50,053 nt of DNA from Terriglobales bacterium (GCA_035622455.1 DASPVG010000058.1:1-50053); one strand, 5' to 3'; numbered from the stretch's first letter, positions 7,612-17,860 are shown. Notes: generated by a model from the letters alone, not told the origin. Made by a program: numbers and translations.

Positions 7612-8004
7612 TTAGTCGGGTTCCGGTAGTGGAAAGGCAGTCGGGTCCGCCTGCCACACACCGAAGATATTGCTCGCTGGATCTGCCAAGATCGTCACCC
7701 AGGCGGCCCTGGGCACGGCAGTCTTTGGGCGCACAATCGTCCCGCCCAGGCGCTGCACGAGTTCCACGGTCTCGTCGAGACAGACGACGTTAATGTAGAG
7801 CATCCAGCCATTCAAACCGGGAATCGCACGGTACGTAAGCCCACCGTTGACGGTCCTGCTTTCGGCTGAGCCGGTTTTTATCTGCCAATAATCGATTCCC
7901 GGCATCTGCTGAACATCCCAACCGAAAACACTGCGATAAAAGTCCGCTAGACCCGCTGGCTGATCGCCGTAGATCTCGAAGTGTGTAAAGGAATTTGCCA
8001 TCAC
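7612..8004 (-). CDS. VOC (glyoxalase) family protein
   Basis: 130 aa: FTHFEIYGDQPAGLADFYRSVFGWDV...GGTIVRPKTAVPRAAWVTILADPASNIFGVWQ. Confidence 0.8.
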   Translation of the reverse strand: MMANSFTHFEIYGDQPAGLADFYRSVFGWDVQQMPGIDYWQIKTGSAESRTVNGGLTYRAIPGLNGWMLYINVVCLDETVELVQRLGGTIVRPKTAVPRAAWVTILADPASNIFGVWQADPTAFPLPEPD

Positions 8005-8414
8005 GAAACCTTGAGTCGTGTCTGTCCAGCCGCAGTTGGCGCGTTTCGACGCTCACTTCTCCGCCAGAAACGAGAACCCATGCACCAGAGAAGCACATGC
8101 GGCATTCCGATGCCTTGTTGGACCTGACTCATTGTTAAATCTGACGCTGACGTTTGAGCTGGGACCCCAACCTAACGCGAATGTAGTTAACAATTAGGCG
8201 GTTCAAAACCTTCCGACAACTGGCAGAACTGACAGAGACGACTGGCAAAACCAACAGGGACAAGCGTCCGACACCCACGGCGTCTTTCGATGGGCGGCGA
8301 GAAGAGAGCTGGAAAATCCGATTCGAGCTCCGCGGGATGGGGTGCACGCGAAGACAAGAGTGGGATGAGAGTTCGGGTTGAGCCAGGTATTCGACATCGA
8401 GATCGCCGTTGTGG

Positions 8415-11400
8415 TCAATCAGCGTTTCCCGCGTCTCCGGGCCGATGCCTCCACCGCTGCAATACGACATAAAACGCCGGCACAAACAGAACCGCCAGAC
8501 AGGTAGATGCCAACATGCCTGTGGCCACGGTCAGCCCAAGAGACTTGCGCGCACTGGCACCGGCACCGGTAGCCGTGAGCAGCGGCAGGACACCGAGGAT
8601 GAACGTAACCGAGGTCATCAGGATTGGGCGGAAGCGAACCTCCGAAGCTTCGATGGTTGCATCGAGGAGGGTCTTGCCAGCGGCGCGACCTTCCCTAGCC
8701 ATTTCGACGATGAGAATCGCGTTTTTCGCCGAGAGCGCGATGAGCAGTACCAAGCCGATCTGCACGTAAATGTTATTGGGGACACCAAGACTAAGTAATG
8801 CTGCGACGGTGCCGAGCAACGCGAGTGGCACTGCGAGGATGACCGTTCCCGGTGTGATCCAACTTTCGTATTGGCCGGCGAGCACGAAATAGACGAGCAG
8901 GATCGCCAAAGCAAAAATAAGGTACGTCGAACTGCCCACCAGCTTCTCCTGATAGGACATGGCGGTCCACTCGTAGCTCATGCCGGCGGGAAGCACCTTA
9001 GCGGCGATGTTCTCCATCGTCTGCAAGGCCTGGCCGGAACTGAAGGCCTCGTTCGCGCCACCGTTGATGGTGGCGGAAGGGTAGAGGTTGTAAAGCGTGA
9101 TCACTGCCGGTCCTTGAGTCTGCTCGAGACGGACAAGGGTCCCTACCGGGACCATCTGTCCGTTTGGGTTGCGAACGCAATAATCGCCGATGCTTTGGAT
9201 CTGTTGCCGGTACGGCGAGTCGGCCTGTGCGTAAACGATGTAGTTGTATCCGAATCGGGTGAAGAGGTTGACGAAACTCGAACCCAGATACGTCTGGATG
9301 GTGTTGTCCACATCGCCTACCGCAACACCAAGCGATTCCGCCTGCGAGCGGTTGACATCGACCTTGATCTGCGGAACCGAAGCGCGCAGGGGTGTCAACG
9401 CCATGCGAATTGGCGGGCTGGCTTTGGACCGGCTGATAATTTCGTCGGCGACGTTTTGCAAACGCGCGAAGTCGTAACTGCCATCGGCCAATTCAACCTG
9501 CATCTGGAAGCCACCGGACAGCCCCAAGCCTTGAATGGGCGGCGGTACCAGCACCATTGTCCTGGCGCCCTGATAATTGGTCAGGCGCGAGGAGAGGTTG
9601 TTGTAGATCGACCGGAGGTCTTGCCCTTTGCTGCGTTTGCTCCAGTCTTTGAACATCAGATAAATGATGCCGGCATTGGCCAGGGACGCGTTGTTGTCCA
9701 GCGGCGACATGCCCCCGATGGAGATGGTGCTTTCCACGGCGCGGTTCTCTCGGCAGATTCGTGCCAACTCGTTCATCACGAGTTCCGTCCGCTCCAGCGA
9801 TGCGCCATCCGGCAACAGCACAGTCACCATTGCATAGCCTTGGTCTTCCGTTGGGATGAAGCCGGTCGGGATCCGGGTCAACCCCCAACCCGCGATGGCG
9901 ATCAGCCCGATCCCGATCCCTGCCATGAGTGTGCTGCGTGCCACCACCCGGCGAATGATCCACACGTAGGACGATTCGACGCGCTGGTACACTCGATTGA
10001 AGGCGCGGAAGAAAACGTTCTTCGGCTGGCTGCGATCGATCGGCCGCAGCCACAGCGCGCATTGAGTCGGCTTGAGAGTGGCGGCGTTGATCGCGCTGAT
10101 CAACGCCGTTGCGGCGATGACCAGCGCAAATTGTCGGTACATCTGGCCACTAATGCCAGGCATGAATGCCGGCGGCACAAACACCGACATCAGTACCAGC
10201 GTCACGGCCAGGATTGGCCCAAACAATTCCTTCATTGCGTCGATGCTGGCTTGTTTTGCCGTCTTGCCGCGCTCGATGTGTTGGGTCGTTCCCTCGACCA
10301 CGACGATGGCGTCATCCACCACAATCCCGATGGCAAGCACCACGGCGAACAGTGTGAGCAGATTGATGGTGAAGCCCATCACTGCCATGGCCGCGAACGC
10401 GCCGATGATGGTAACCGGCACGGTGGTAGCCGGTACGAGGGTCGCGCGCCAGTTTTGCAAAAAGATCACGATCACCAACAAGACGAGCAGCCCCGCCTCC
10501 AAAAGCGTGTGATATACCTCGGTCACCGAAGCCGTAACAAACTTGGTTGTATCGAATGGGATGGAGTATTCGAGCCCCGGTGGAAAATCCTTCGCAAACT
10601 CAGTCATGGCATTCCGCACGTGGGCGGCCGTGTCCAGCGCATTTGCCTCCGGCAACTGGAAGATGGCCATGCCCCCCGCCACCTTGCCGTCCATTTTGAA
10701 AAACTGACTGTAGGTCTGCGCGCCCAACTCCACACGGCCGATGTCGCGGATGCGTGTGATCCGCCCGCCATTCTCGAACTTTACGATGATGTCTGCGAAC
10801 TCCTCGACGGTCGCGAGATCGCCTTTCACATCGATCGTGACCTGGAAATCCTCTCCGCCCGCCACCGGCGGCATCGCAATCTGACCGGCAGGAACACGCG
10901 TGTTCTGCTGTTGAATCGCCGCAATGACGTCACTCGGCATCAGGGATCTCTGACGCATCTTTTGGGGATTGAGCCAGATGCGCATGCTGTACTGACCGAT
11001 ACCGAACACGGTTACATCGGATACGCCCGGCAGGCGGGCCAGCCGGTCGTGCAGCCGCAGCGTCGCATAATTGCTCAAAAATAAAGCGTCGTAGCGGTTG
11101 TCGGGTGAAGTCAAAGTGACGATTTGCAGGATGGCGGTCGATTTTTTCTTGGTCACAACGCCTTGCTGCTGCACAGCCTCGGGCAACTGTGCGAGCGCGG
11201 CGGAGACTCGGTTTTGCACCAGTACCTGGGCGAAATCGAGGTCCGTGCCGACCTTGAACGTGACAATCAATGAGTACCTGCCATCGGACGTGCAGGTGGA
11301 TTGCATGTAGAGCATCTTCTCGACACCATTCACCTGCTGCTCGATGGGCAGGGCGACCGTCTCGACCAGTGTCTTCGCGTTGGCACCGGGATAATTCGCG

Positions 11401-11537
11401 GTCACCTGAATTGTGGGCGGGGTGATGGGGGGATACTGCGCGACCGGCAATTTGAAGAGCGCGACGCCGCCCAGCAACATCATCACAAATGCGATCACAT
11501 TTGCGAGCACCGGCCGTTCGATGAAGAATTTGGACAT
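8415..11537 (-). CDS. RND (HAE1-type) efflux transporter permease, paralogue 2 of tandem pair
   Basis: About 1040 aa starting MSKFFIERPVLANVIAFV. Carries the proton-relay motif IGIVVDDAIVVVEG. The ATG overlaps the upstream TGA (GTGATG); an alternative GTG start lies at 11540. Confidence 0.95.
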   Translation of the reverse strand: MSKFFIERPVLANVIAFVMMLLGGVALFKLPVAQYPPITPPTIQVTANYPGANAKTLVETVALPIEQQVNGVEKMLYMQSTCTSDGRYSLIVTFKVGTDLDFAQVLVQNRVSAALAQLPEAVQQQGVVTKKKSTAILQIVTLTSPDNRYDALFLSNYATLRLHDRLARLPGVSDVTVFGIGQYSMRIWLNPQKMRQRSLMPSDVIAAIQQQNTRVPAGQIAMPPVAGGEDFQVTIDVKGDLATVEEFADIIVKFENGGRITRIRDIGRVELGAQTYSQFFKMDGKVAGGMAIFQLPEANALDTAAHVRNAMTEFAKDFPPGLEYSIPFDTTKFVTASVTEVYHTLLEAGLLVLLVIVIFLQNWRATLVPATTVPVTIIGAFAAMAVMGFTINLLTLFAVVLAIGIVVDDAIVVVEGTTQHIERGKTAKQASIDAMKELFGPILAVTLVLMSVFVPPAFMPGISGQMYRQFALVIAATALISAINAATLKPTQCALWLRPIDRSQPKNVFFRAFNRVYQRVESSYVWIIRRVVARSTLMAGIGIGLIAIAGWGLTRIPTGFIPTEDQGYAMVTVLLPDGASLERTELVMNELARICRENRAVESTISIGGMSPLDNNASLANAGIIYLMFKDWSKRSKGQDLRSIYNNLSSRLTNYQGARTMVLVPPPIQGLGLSGGFQMQVELADGSYDFARLQNVADEIISRSKASPPIRMALTPLRASVPQIKVDVNRSQAESLGVAVGDVDNTIQTYLGSSFVNLFTRFGYNYIVYAQADSPYRQQIQSIGDYCVRNPNGQMVPVGTLVRLEQTQGPAVITLYNLYPSATINGGANEAFSSGQALQTMENIAAKVLPAGMSYEWTAMSYQEKLVGSSTYLIFALAILLVYFVLAGQYESWITPGTVILAVPLALLGTVAALLSLGVPNNIYVQIGLVLLIALSAKNAILIVEMAREGRAAGKTLLDATIEASEVRFRPILMTSVTFILGVLPLLTATGAGASARKSLGLTVATGMLASTCLAVLFVPAFYVVLQRWRHRPGDAGNAD
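10293..10529. repeat. near-identical 237-nt tract shared with 13409..13645 (inside RND paralogue 2)
   Basis: Aligned by eye, with 3 mismatches in 237 nt, all synonymous. The flanks diverge immediately on both sides. Confidence 0.75.
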
Positions 11538-14500
11538 CACGTCGACCGCTTGCGCTCAATCTGTTTTTCGAGCACGACGAAGAATGCCGGAACCAACAAC
11601 ACCGCAATACAGGTAGAAGCGAACATACCGCTGGCGACCGCGATGCCAAGCGAGCGGCGCGCGCTCGCACCGGCACCGCTGGCCAGGACGAGCGGCAACA
11701 CACCCAGAATGAAGGTGAACGACGTCATCATGATCGGGCGGAAGCGGACACGGGAGGCATCGATGGCAGCGTCGAGAATGCTTTTGCCGGCGGTACGACC
11801 TTCGCGCGCCATTTCGACAATGAGAATCGCGTTCTTTGCCGACAATGCGATGAGCAGCACGAGCCCAATCTGCACGTAGATATTGTTGGCGAGTCCGATT
11901 GCGAGCAGGGCTGCCACCGTGCCGAACAATGCCAGTGGTACTGCAAAAATCACGGCGAGCGGCGTGACCCAACTTTCATATTGACCCGCCAGCGCAAAAT
12001 AGACGAGCAGGATGGCGAGCGCGAAAATAAAATACGTTGAGCTGCCCACGAGTTTCTCCTGATATGCCAAGGCCGTCCATTCGAAGTTCATGCCGGGCGG
12101 CAGGTTCCTCTTTGCAAGTGCACCCATCGTATCGAGCGCTTGACCGGAGCTAAAGCCGGCCGCTGAAGCTCCGTTGATCGTGGCGGACGGGAACAGGTTG
12201 TAAAGCGAAATCACCGAGGGACCAAGGGTCGGGCTGATCTCGGCGAGCGTGCCGATCGGCACCATCGTGCTGCTTTGGTTGCGCACGTAGAGTTGTTTCA
12301 GGTCCTCGGTGGTCAGACGGCGGGATGGGTCGGCTTGGACGTACACCATGTAGTTATGCCCGAACTTTGTAAACAGATTCACATAGGTTGAGCCCATGTA
12401 CGTCTGCAACGCGTTGTAGATGTCGCCGATGTTCACGTTTAACGTCGCCGCTTTCGCGCGATTCACCTTCAACGCTACCTGGGGAACGGATGCGCGGAAC
12501 GCCGTGAACGCATTCTGGATTGATGGGGCGACATTTGCGTCATGCAAAATACGGTCGGTGGCTTGTTGCAGCCGCGGGAAATCGTAGCTGCCGTCGGTCA
12601 GCTCCACCTGCATTTGAAAGCCACTCGACGCGCCCAGTCCTTGAATCGGTGGTGGAACCAGCAGGCGGATACGCGCTTCCTGTACGGTCGCCAGCTGCTG
12701 CGACAGGTTGCGATAGATGTGTTCGATGTTTTCGTTCCGACCGCGTTCGTCCCAGTTCTTCAGCATCAGATAAACGATGCCGGCATTCGCGAGCGACACG
12801 TCGCCATCGAGGGGCGAGGGCCCCCCGGTGCCGATCATGACGGCTCGCTCGACACCAGGAGTGTTCAGGCCGAGGCGCGTGATTTCATCCATCACCTTCT
12901 CGACGCGTTCGAGCGACGCGCCGTCTGGCACCTGCACCGCCACCATCAGATAACCCTGGTCTTCGGTCGGAATAAAGCCGGTCGGGATGCGCGTGAGTCC
13001 GAAGATTGCAAGCCCCACCAGCAGCAGCGCGACGACCACGGTTTGGCCGCTGTGTCGAACAATGGAGCGGATGATCCGGATATAGAATCGCTCCGTGGGC
13101 TCGTACACCGAGTTGAACCAACGGAAGAAAATGTTCTTCTTTTGGCCGGGATCGACCGGGCGCAGCCAAAGCGCGCATTGCGTCGGCTTCAACGTCACCG
13201 CGTTCACGGCGCTGATCAGGGCAGTTGCGGCGATGACCAATGCAAACTGCCGATACATCTGTCCGGTAATGCCGGGCATGAAGGCCGGGGGAAGAAATAC
13301 AGACATCAGGACCAGGGTGATACCAACAATGGGTCCGAACAACTCCCGCATCGCGTCGATGCTGCCTTGCTTCGGTGTCTGACCGTGTTCGATGTGTTGC
13401 GCAACACCCTCGACCACGACGATGGCGTCATCCACCACAATCCCGATGGCTAGCACCACGGCGAACAGTGTGAGCAGATTGATGGTGAAGCCCATCACCG
13501 CCATGGCCGCGAACGCGCCGATGATGGTAACCGGCACGGTGGTAGCCGGTACGAGGGTCGCGCGCCAGTTTTGCAAGAAGATCACGATCACCAACAAGAC
13601 GAGCAGCCCCGCCTCCAAAAGCGTGTGATATACCTCGGTCACCGATTGTTTGACGAAGGTGGTGACGTCGAACGGGATGTCGTAGGTGAGGGCTTCCGGG
13701 AAGGTCGACGAAAGCGTTTTCAAAAGCTTTCTCACGCCCTTGGCAGTGTCGAGCGCATTGGCGCCGGGAAGCTGATAGATCGCGATGCCGCCGGCAGGTT
13801 TTCCGTCAACCTTGAAGAGCTGGCTGTAACTACGCGCGCCAAGTTCCACGCGGCCGACGTCGCGGATGCGGGTGATTTGCGTACCCGCTGCCTTGAGGAT
13901 GATCTGCTCGAACTCAGCCGGGTCGGAAAGCTCGGCCGGCACGTTGGCGGTCAGTTGAAAGGCCTGACCGGTGGGTGCAGGCGGCATACCGACCTGACCA
14001 GCCGCTACATTGGCATTTTGGTTCTGGATTGCGTTAATGACATCCTGCGGAACGAGTCCCCGCTGCTGCAGTTGTAGTGGGTCGAGCCAAATGCGCATGC
14101 TGTATTCGCCGATGCCGAACACCACCACATCACCGACGCCGGGAAGACGCGCGAGCTTGTCGCGCAGTGCGATGGCCGCAAAGTTACTGAGAAACAGCGC
14201 GTCGTACCGGTTGTCCTTCGATCCCAGGGTGATGATCTCGAGCGGCGAAGTCTCTTTCTTTTTTGTGATGACACCTTGTTGCTGGACCTGGAAGGGCAAT
14301 TGCGCAAGCGCGGCGGCGACCCGATTTTGCACAAGCACCTGCGCGAAATCCAAGTCCGTGCCGACCTCAAACGTGACCGTCAACGTGTATCGGCCGTCGG
14401 CAGTGCAGTTCGATTGCATGTAGAGCATTCGCTCAACGCCGTTGACCTGCTGTTCGATTGGCAGCGCGACGGTCTCGACTAAAATTTTCGCGCTGGCACC

Positions 14501-14653
14501 GGGATAGAGGGTGGTGACTTGGACGGTGGGCGGTGTGATGGGCGGATATTCCGCCACCGGCAAAACCAACACCGCCACGGCGCCCAGCAAGATGATCACG
14601 AACGCGATGACGTTCGCCAGCACCGGTCGTTCGATGAAGAATTTAGCGAACAT
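11537..14653 (-). CDS. RND (HAE1-type) efflux transporter permease, paralogue 1 of tandem pair
   Basis: 1038 aa starting MFAKFFIERPVLANVIAFV. Same architecture as the downstream paralogue. Starts 2 nt after the MFP stop. Confidence 0.95.
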   Translation of the reverse strand: MFAKFFIERPVLANVIAFVIILLGAVAVLVLPVAEYPPITPPTVQVTTLYPGASAKILVETVALPIEQQVNGVERMLYMQSNCTADGRYTLTVTFEVGTDLDFAQVLVQNRVAAALAQLPFQVQQQGVITKKKETSPLEIITLGSKDNRYDALFLSNFAAIALRDKLARLPGVGDVVVFGIGEYSMRIWLDPLQLQQRGLVPQDVINAIQNQNANVAAGQVGMPPAPTGQAFQLTANVPAELSDPAEFEQIILKAAGTQITRIRDVGRVELGARSYSQLFKVDGKPAGGIAIYQLPGANALDTAKGVRKLLKTLSSTFPEALTYDIPFDVTTFVKQSVTEVYHTLLEAGLLVLLVIVIFLQNWRATLVPATTVPVTIIGAFAAMAVMGFTINLLTLFAVVLAIGIVVDDAIVVVEGVAQHIEHGQTPKQGSIDAMRELFGPIVGITLVLMSVFLPPAFMPGITGQMYRQFALVIAATALISAVNAVTLKPTQCALWLRPVDPGQKKNIFFRWFNSVYEPTERFYIRIIRSIVRHSGQTVVVALLLVGLAIFGLTRIPTGFIPTEDQGYLMVAVQVPDGASLERVEKVMDEITRLGLNTPGVERAVMIGTGGPSPLDGDVSLANAGIVYLMLKNWDERGRNENIEHIYRNLSQQLATVQEARIRLLVPPPIQGLGASSGFQMQVELTDGSYDFPRLQQATDRILHDANVAPSIQNAFTAFRASVPQVALKVNRAKAATLNVNIGDIYNALQTYMGSTYVNLFTKFGHNYMVYVQADPSRRLTTEDLKQLYVRNQSSTMVPIGTLAEISPTLGPSVISLYNLFPSATINGASAAGFSSGQALDTMGALAKRNLPPGMNFEWTALAYQEKLVGSSTYFIFALAILLVYFALAGQYESWVTPLAVIFAVPLALFGTVAALLAIGLANNIYVQIGLVLLIALSAKNAILIVEMAREGRTAGKSILDAAIDASRVRFRPIMMTSFTFILGVLPLVLASGAGASARRSLGIAVASGMFASTCIAVLLVPAFFVVLEKQIERKRST
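13409..13645. repeat. near-identical 237-nt tract shared with 10293..10529 (inside RND paralogue 1)
   Basis: Same alignment as the partner tract. It encodes the identical 79-aa stretch SVTEVYHTLLEAGLLVLLVIVIFLQNW...IGIVVDDAIVVVEG. Confidence 0.75.
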
Positions 14654-14655
14654 GA

Positions 14656-15720
14656 CTAGGGCTGGCCCGTGGGCGCGACTTTCTCGCCGGCCTTGGCGTT
14701 GAGAATGCCGTTGACGATGACACGATCTCCCTCGCTAAGTCCGCTACGAATGGCGCAGCCGCCGTCCGCCGTCAACGGTCCTTTCACGATGCCGCGCCGG
14801 GCCACGATCTCACCTGCATCGACCACGAACACGTAATCGCCTTGCTGGTCACTGCCGATGGCAGTGTTGGGAATGACGAGCATAACTTGTGGTCCGCCCA
14901 GAGGGATGCGTACGCGCGCGAAAAGTCCGGGGAATAGCGCTCGGTCCTTGTTCGGAAGTATGGCCCGCATCGCGATCGTGCCGGTAGAGGTGCTGATTTC
15001 GTTGTCGGAGAAATTGAGGACACCAGCGTGAGGGTAGCCCTTCTCGTTACTCAAGCCGACAAACACAGGCAGTTTGCCCACATTACTCTTGGGGGCCATG
15101 CCACGCTGGCGCATCTCGGTGTACAGATGCAACGCGTCGTGCTCGTTGAGGCTGAAGTTAACGTAGATTGGCATCAATTGGTCGAGCGTCGCCAGGGTCG
15201 TTGGCCCGTTAGCGCCAACGAGATTACCCGGATCGACTTGCCGTGCACCGATTCTTCCCGAGAACGGAGCTGTGACCCTGGTATAGGCGAGATTGATCTT
15301 CGCCAGCTCCACTTGGGCCTTGGCTTGGTCACGCTGGCTCAACTGCTTCTCCACACTGGATACTGCCGTAGCATTTTCCTTGATCAGCTGCTGTTGCCGC
15401 TCATACTCAGTCTGTGCCTGCTTCAAGGCCGCCTCGTTCAATGCCAGTTGCTGCTGGTACTGTTCGGGATCGATCACAAAGAGCACCTGACCAGCTTCCA
15501 CAAACGAACCATCCTGAAAACCCACGGATTGGAGGTAGCCGCTGACGCGTGCAACCAGGTTCACGGTTTTTGACGGAGCGACTGTGCCGGTCAGATCGAG
15601 GTAATCGGTGACGGGTTGCTTCGCGGGTTGACGGACGGTCACAACGGGTAATGGTGGGCTGACGTCGGGCGCTCTCCTGCAACCGACAAGGAGCAGCAAA
15701 AGGAACCAGATTCGTTTCAT
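14656..15720 (-). CDS. efflux RND transporter periplasmic adaptor (MFP) lipoprotein
   Basis: Start chosen at MKRIWFLLLLLVGC (lipobox LVGC), giving a 4-nt ATGA overlap with the OMF stop. Has a coiled-coil hairpin region and a beta-barrel C-terminus typical of the HlyD/AcrA family. Confidence 0.9.
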   Translation of the reverse strand: MKRIWFLLLLLVGCRRAPDVSPPLPVVTVRQPAKQPVTDYLDLTGTVAPSKTVNLVARVSGYLQSVGFQDGSFVEAGQVLFVIDPEQYQQQLALNEAALKQAQTEYERQQQLIKENATAVSSVEKQLSQRDQAKAQVELAKINLAYTRVTAPFSGRIGARQVDPGNLVGANGPTTLATLDQLMPIYVNFSLNEHDALHLYTEMRQRGMAPKSNVGKLPVFVGLSNEKGYPHAGVLNFSDNEISTSTGTIAMRAILPNKDRALFPGLFARVRIPLGGPQVMLVIPNTAIGSDQQGDYVFVVDAGEIVARRGIVKGPLTADGGCAIRSGLSEGDRVIVNGILNAKAGEKVAPTGQP

Positions 15721-17243
15721 GGCAGTTGCGCGGCCGGAAGATGATGTTGCGCTTCGAGCATCGTGCCCCAATTCGTCCGGTGCTCCATCTCGGCTTTGAC
15801 CTCGTCGGAAATCACGTCCCGGTTATTGCGCATCTCCCACCCACCGCCGAGCGCCCTGTAAACCGAAATCAACCCGAGGGCTACGTTGCCCTGTGCGCTG
15901 GCAACAGCGTCCTCGGCAGCCAACTGGGCCTGTTGGGTGGTGAGAACGGTCGTGTACGTGGTCTCGCCGGCTTTGTATTGAATCATCGAGAGCTCGGTCG
16001 AGCGCCGCGCCGATGCCGCGGCCTCCGTCAATTTCGCAAGTGCTTGCTGCTGCGTGAAGAACAGCGACAGACCGTTCTCGACTTCCTGCTGCGCGGTCAA
16101 AACCGCGTTCTGGTAGTTCAAGATGGCTGCCTCGAACTGCGCATCCTGCACCCGCACCTGGTTGATGAGCCGGCCATAGTTGAAGACCGGCCAGACGAAG
16201 GATGCGCCCGCCTGCAGGTCCTTGCCCTGCCACATAAACATGTCGGAGAGGGTGTTGGTGCCGACGGTGTTCGAGGAAAGTCCGAACGCCCCGGAGAGCG
16301 AGAATGCAGGGTACATATTCGCCTTGGCGACTCCGATGAGCGCACATTGCGACGCGGCGTTCAATCCGGCCTCGCGCACGTCGGGCCGACGCCGCAACAA
16401 ATCGTGGGGAATCCCCACCGTAACTTGATTCGGCGCAATGGGTATGTTCCCCGGCCCTTTCAGATACTCGTTGATCTTGTCGGGCGGCTCGCCCAAATAA
16501 ACCGCGAGCGCGTTCTTGCCTTGGTTCAGCGAATCCTGGAGGGGCGGGACCTGGGCGCCAGTTTGCGAGAGCAGAGTTGCCGCCTGGCGAACATCGAGTT
16601 CGCTGGTCTCACCCAATTTGAATTGCACCGATGCGACCCGATAACTCTCCCGTTCCGCGTCGAGATTTTTCTCTGCCACGCGGATGCGTTCCTCAGCGGT
16701 GCGAATGTTAACGTACGTGCTCGCCACGTCCGCGATCAAAGTCACTAGGGCATCGTCGTAGGCTGCAACCGTGCTAAGAAACGCGGCCCGGTCTGACTGA
16801 ATGGTGCGCCGGTATTTGCCCCAGAAATCGGCCTCCCATGAAGCCGCAAAAAGGAGCTGGCTGGTGGTGAATTCGTTGGGTCCACGGTTAGCCGACAGCA
16901 GGTTGTAGTAGTTCACTCCTCCTGAGATCGCCTGCTGCTGCGGAAAAAGATTGCCGATGGATTGGTTGAGTTGTGCGCGCGCCTGCACCACTCGCACGCC
17001 GGCGCTCTCGAGCGAGAGGTTGTTTCGCCAAGCTACCTCGATTAATTGGCTCAGTGTCGGATCATGGAAGCTGCGCCACCAGTACGCATCGGCCAGCTCC
17101 TCGGACTGACCCCCCGACCATTGTGTGGCGATATTCGTCTTCGGGGTATGATAGCCCGGCCCCACCATGCAAGAAGCAAGGAACATGCTCATGAGAAACA
17201 TCAGCATGCTCCTCGGCAATGTCAGGATCTTGCGCGACCGCAT
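15717..17243 (-). CDS. efflux transporter outer membrane factor lipoprotein (NodT family)
   Basis: MRSRKILTLPRSMLMFLMSMFLASC lipobox, followed by PGYHTPK...WW..F.D..L and two OEP repeats. An alternative GTG start lies at 17273. Confidence 0.9.
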   Translation of the reverse strand: MRSRKILTLPRSMLMFLMSMFLASCMVGPGYHTPKTNIATQWSGGQSEELADAYWWRSFHDPTLSQLIEVAWRNNLSLESAGVRVVQARAQLNQSIGNLFPQQQAISGGVNYYNLLSANRGPNEFTTSQLLFAASWEADFWGKYRRTIQSDRAAFLSTVAAYDDALVTLIADVASTYVNIRTAEERIRVAEKNLDAERESYRVASVQFKLGETSELDVRQAATLLSQTGAQVPPLQDSLNQGKNALAVYLGEPPDKINEYLKGPGNIPIAPNQVTVGIPHDLLRRRPDVREAGLNAASQCALIGVAKANMYPAFSLSGAFGLSSNTVGTNTLSDMFMWQGKDLQAGASFVWPVFNYGRLINQVRVQDAQFEAAILNYQNAVLTAQQEVENGLSLFFTQQQALAKLTEAAASARRSTELSMIQYKAGETTYTTVLTTQQAQLAAEDAVASAQGNVALGLISVYRALGGGWEMRNNRDVISDEVKAEMEHRTNWGTMLEAQHHLPAAQLP

Positions 17244-17497
17244 AATATCCGTCTTCAGCCCGAACGAGAACACGTGGGAATGTCGGCGTAAGCTTTCGAT
17301 TCTTGCTTTTTCCTTTTGATGATGCCTGCTTGAGACGCCCTCGGGTTCACAAACCGATCGCTCCTAAAGACCTCTGTCGACACCTTTTTACCCACCCTTC
17401 AAAACGGGAAGGAAGGTAAACGCTTCCTGATCGATTGTCAAACTGTGGTGCGGTATCATGCCGTACAGCACCCTGCTGTGAGTCCATGGAGGAATCG

Positions 17498-17860
17498 ATG
17501 CTCCGTGCCAAACCGGCTGTGAAGCAGTGCAGTTCGATCCTTCTCATTTTGCTATCGAGTGTTGCCCTTGCCGCGGATGCCGAGGTTGCCGGAAAATGGA
17601 CGGTCTCCGCGAAGAACGGACGGCACAGTGTCACTCAAACTCTGGTTCTCGAGCAGAACGGTGGCAAAGTCACCGGAACATTCACCGGGCCGCGGCAATC
17701 CGGCACGATTGACGGGACGGTGTCCGGAAATGCGATCCAGCTGCATGTCGCGGCGAAGATGCCCATCGATTATACGGGCACCGTGGACGGTGACAGCATG
17801 AAAGGAACGCTCACCTCGGAGGGAAAAAGTGGCGTATGGACTGGTACCCGCACGCATTAG
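17498..17860 (+). CDS. hypothetical secreted protein
   Basis: GGAGGA SD lies 4 nt upstream of the ATG at 17498. Signal peptide is MLRAKPAVKQCSSILLILLSSVALA. Mature part is beta-rich with GKVTGTFTG / YTGTVDGDSMKGTL motifs. Confidence 0.6.
   Translation: MLRAKPAVKQCSSILLILLSSVALAADAEVAGKWTVSAKNGRHSVTQTLVLEQNGGKVTGTFTGPRQSGTIDGTVSGNAIQLHVAAKMPIDYTGTVDGDSMKGTLTSEGKSGVWTGTRTH

Noticed and set aside
8871-11084. 737-aa plus-strand ORF
   Set aside because: It lies entirely antisense to a well-supported RND permease gene. The translation is Arg/His/Gly-rich with no domain signature, a typical GC-rich antisense artefact. The same applies to 12542..13453 and the other plus-strand ORFs within 8415..14653.
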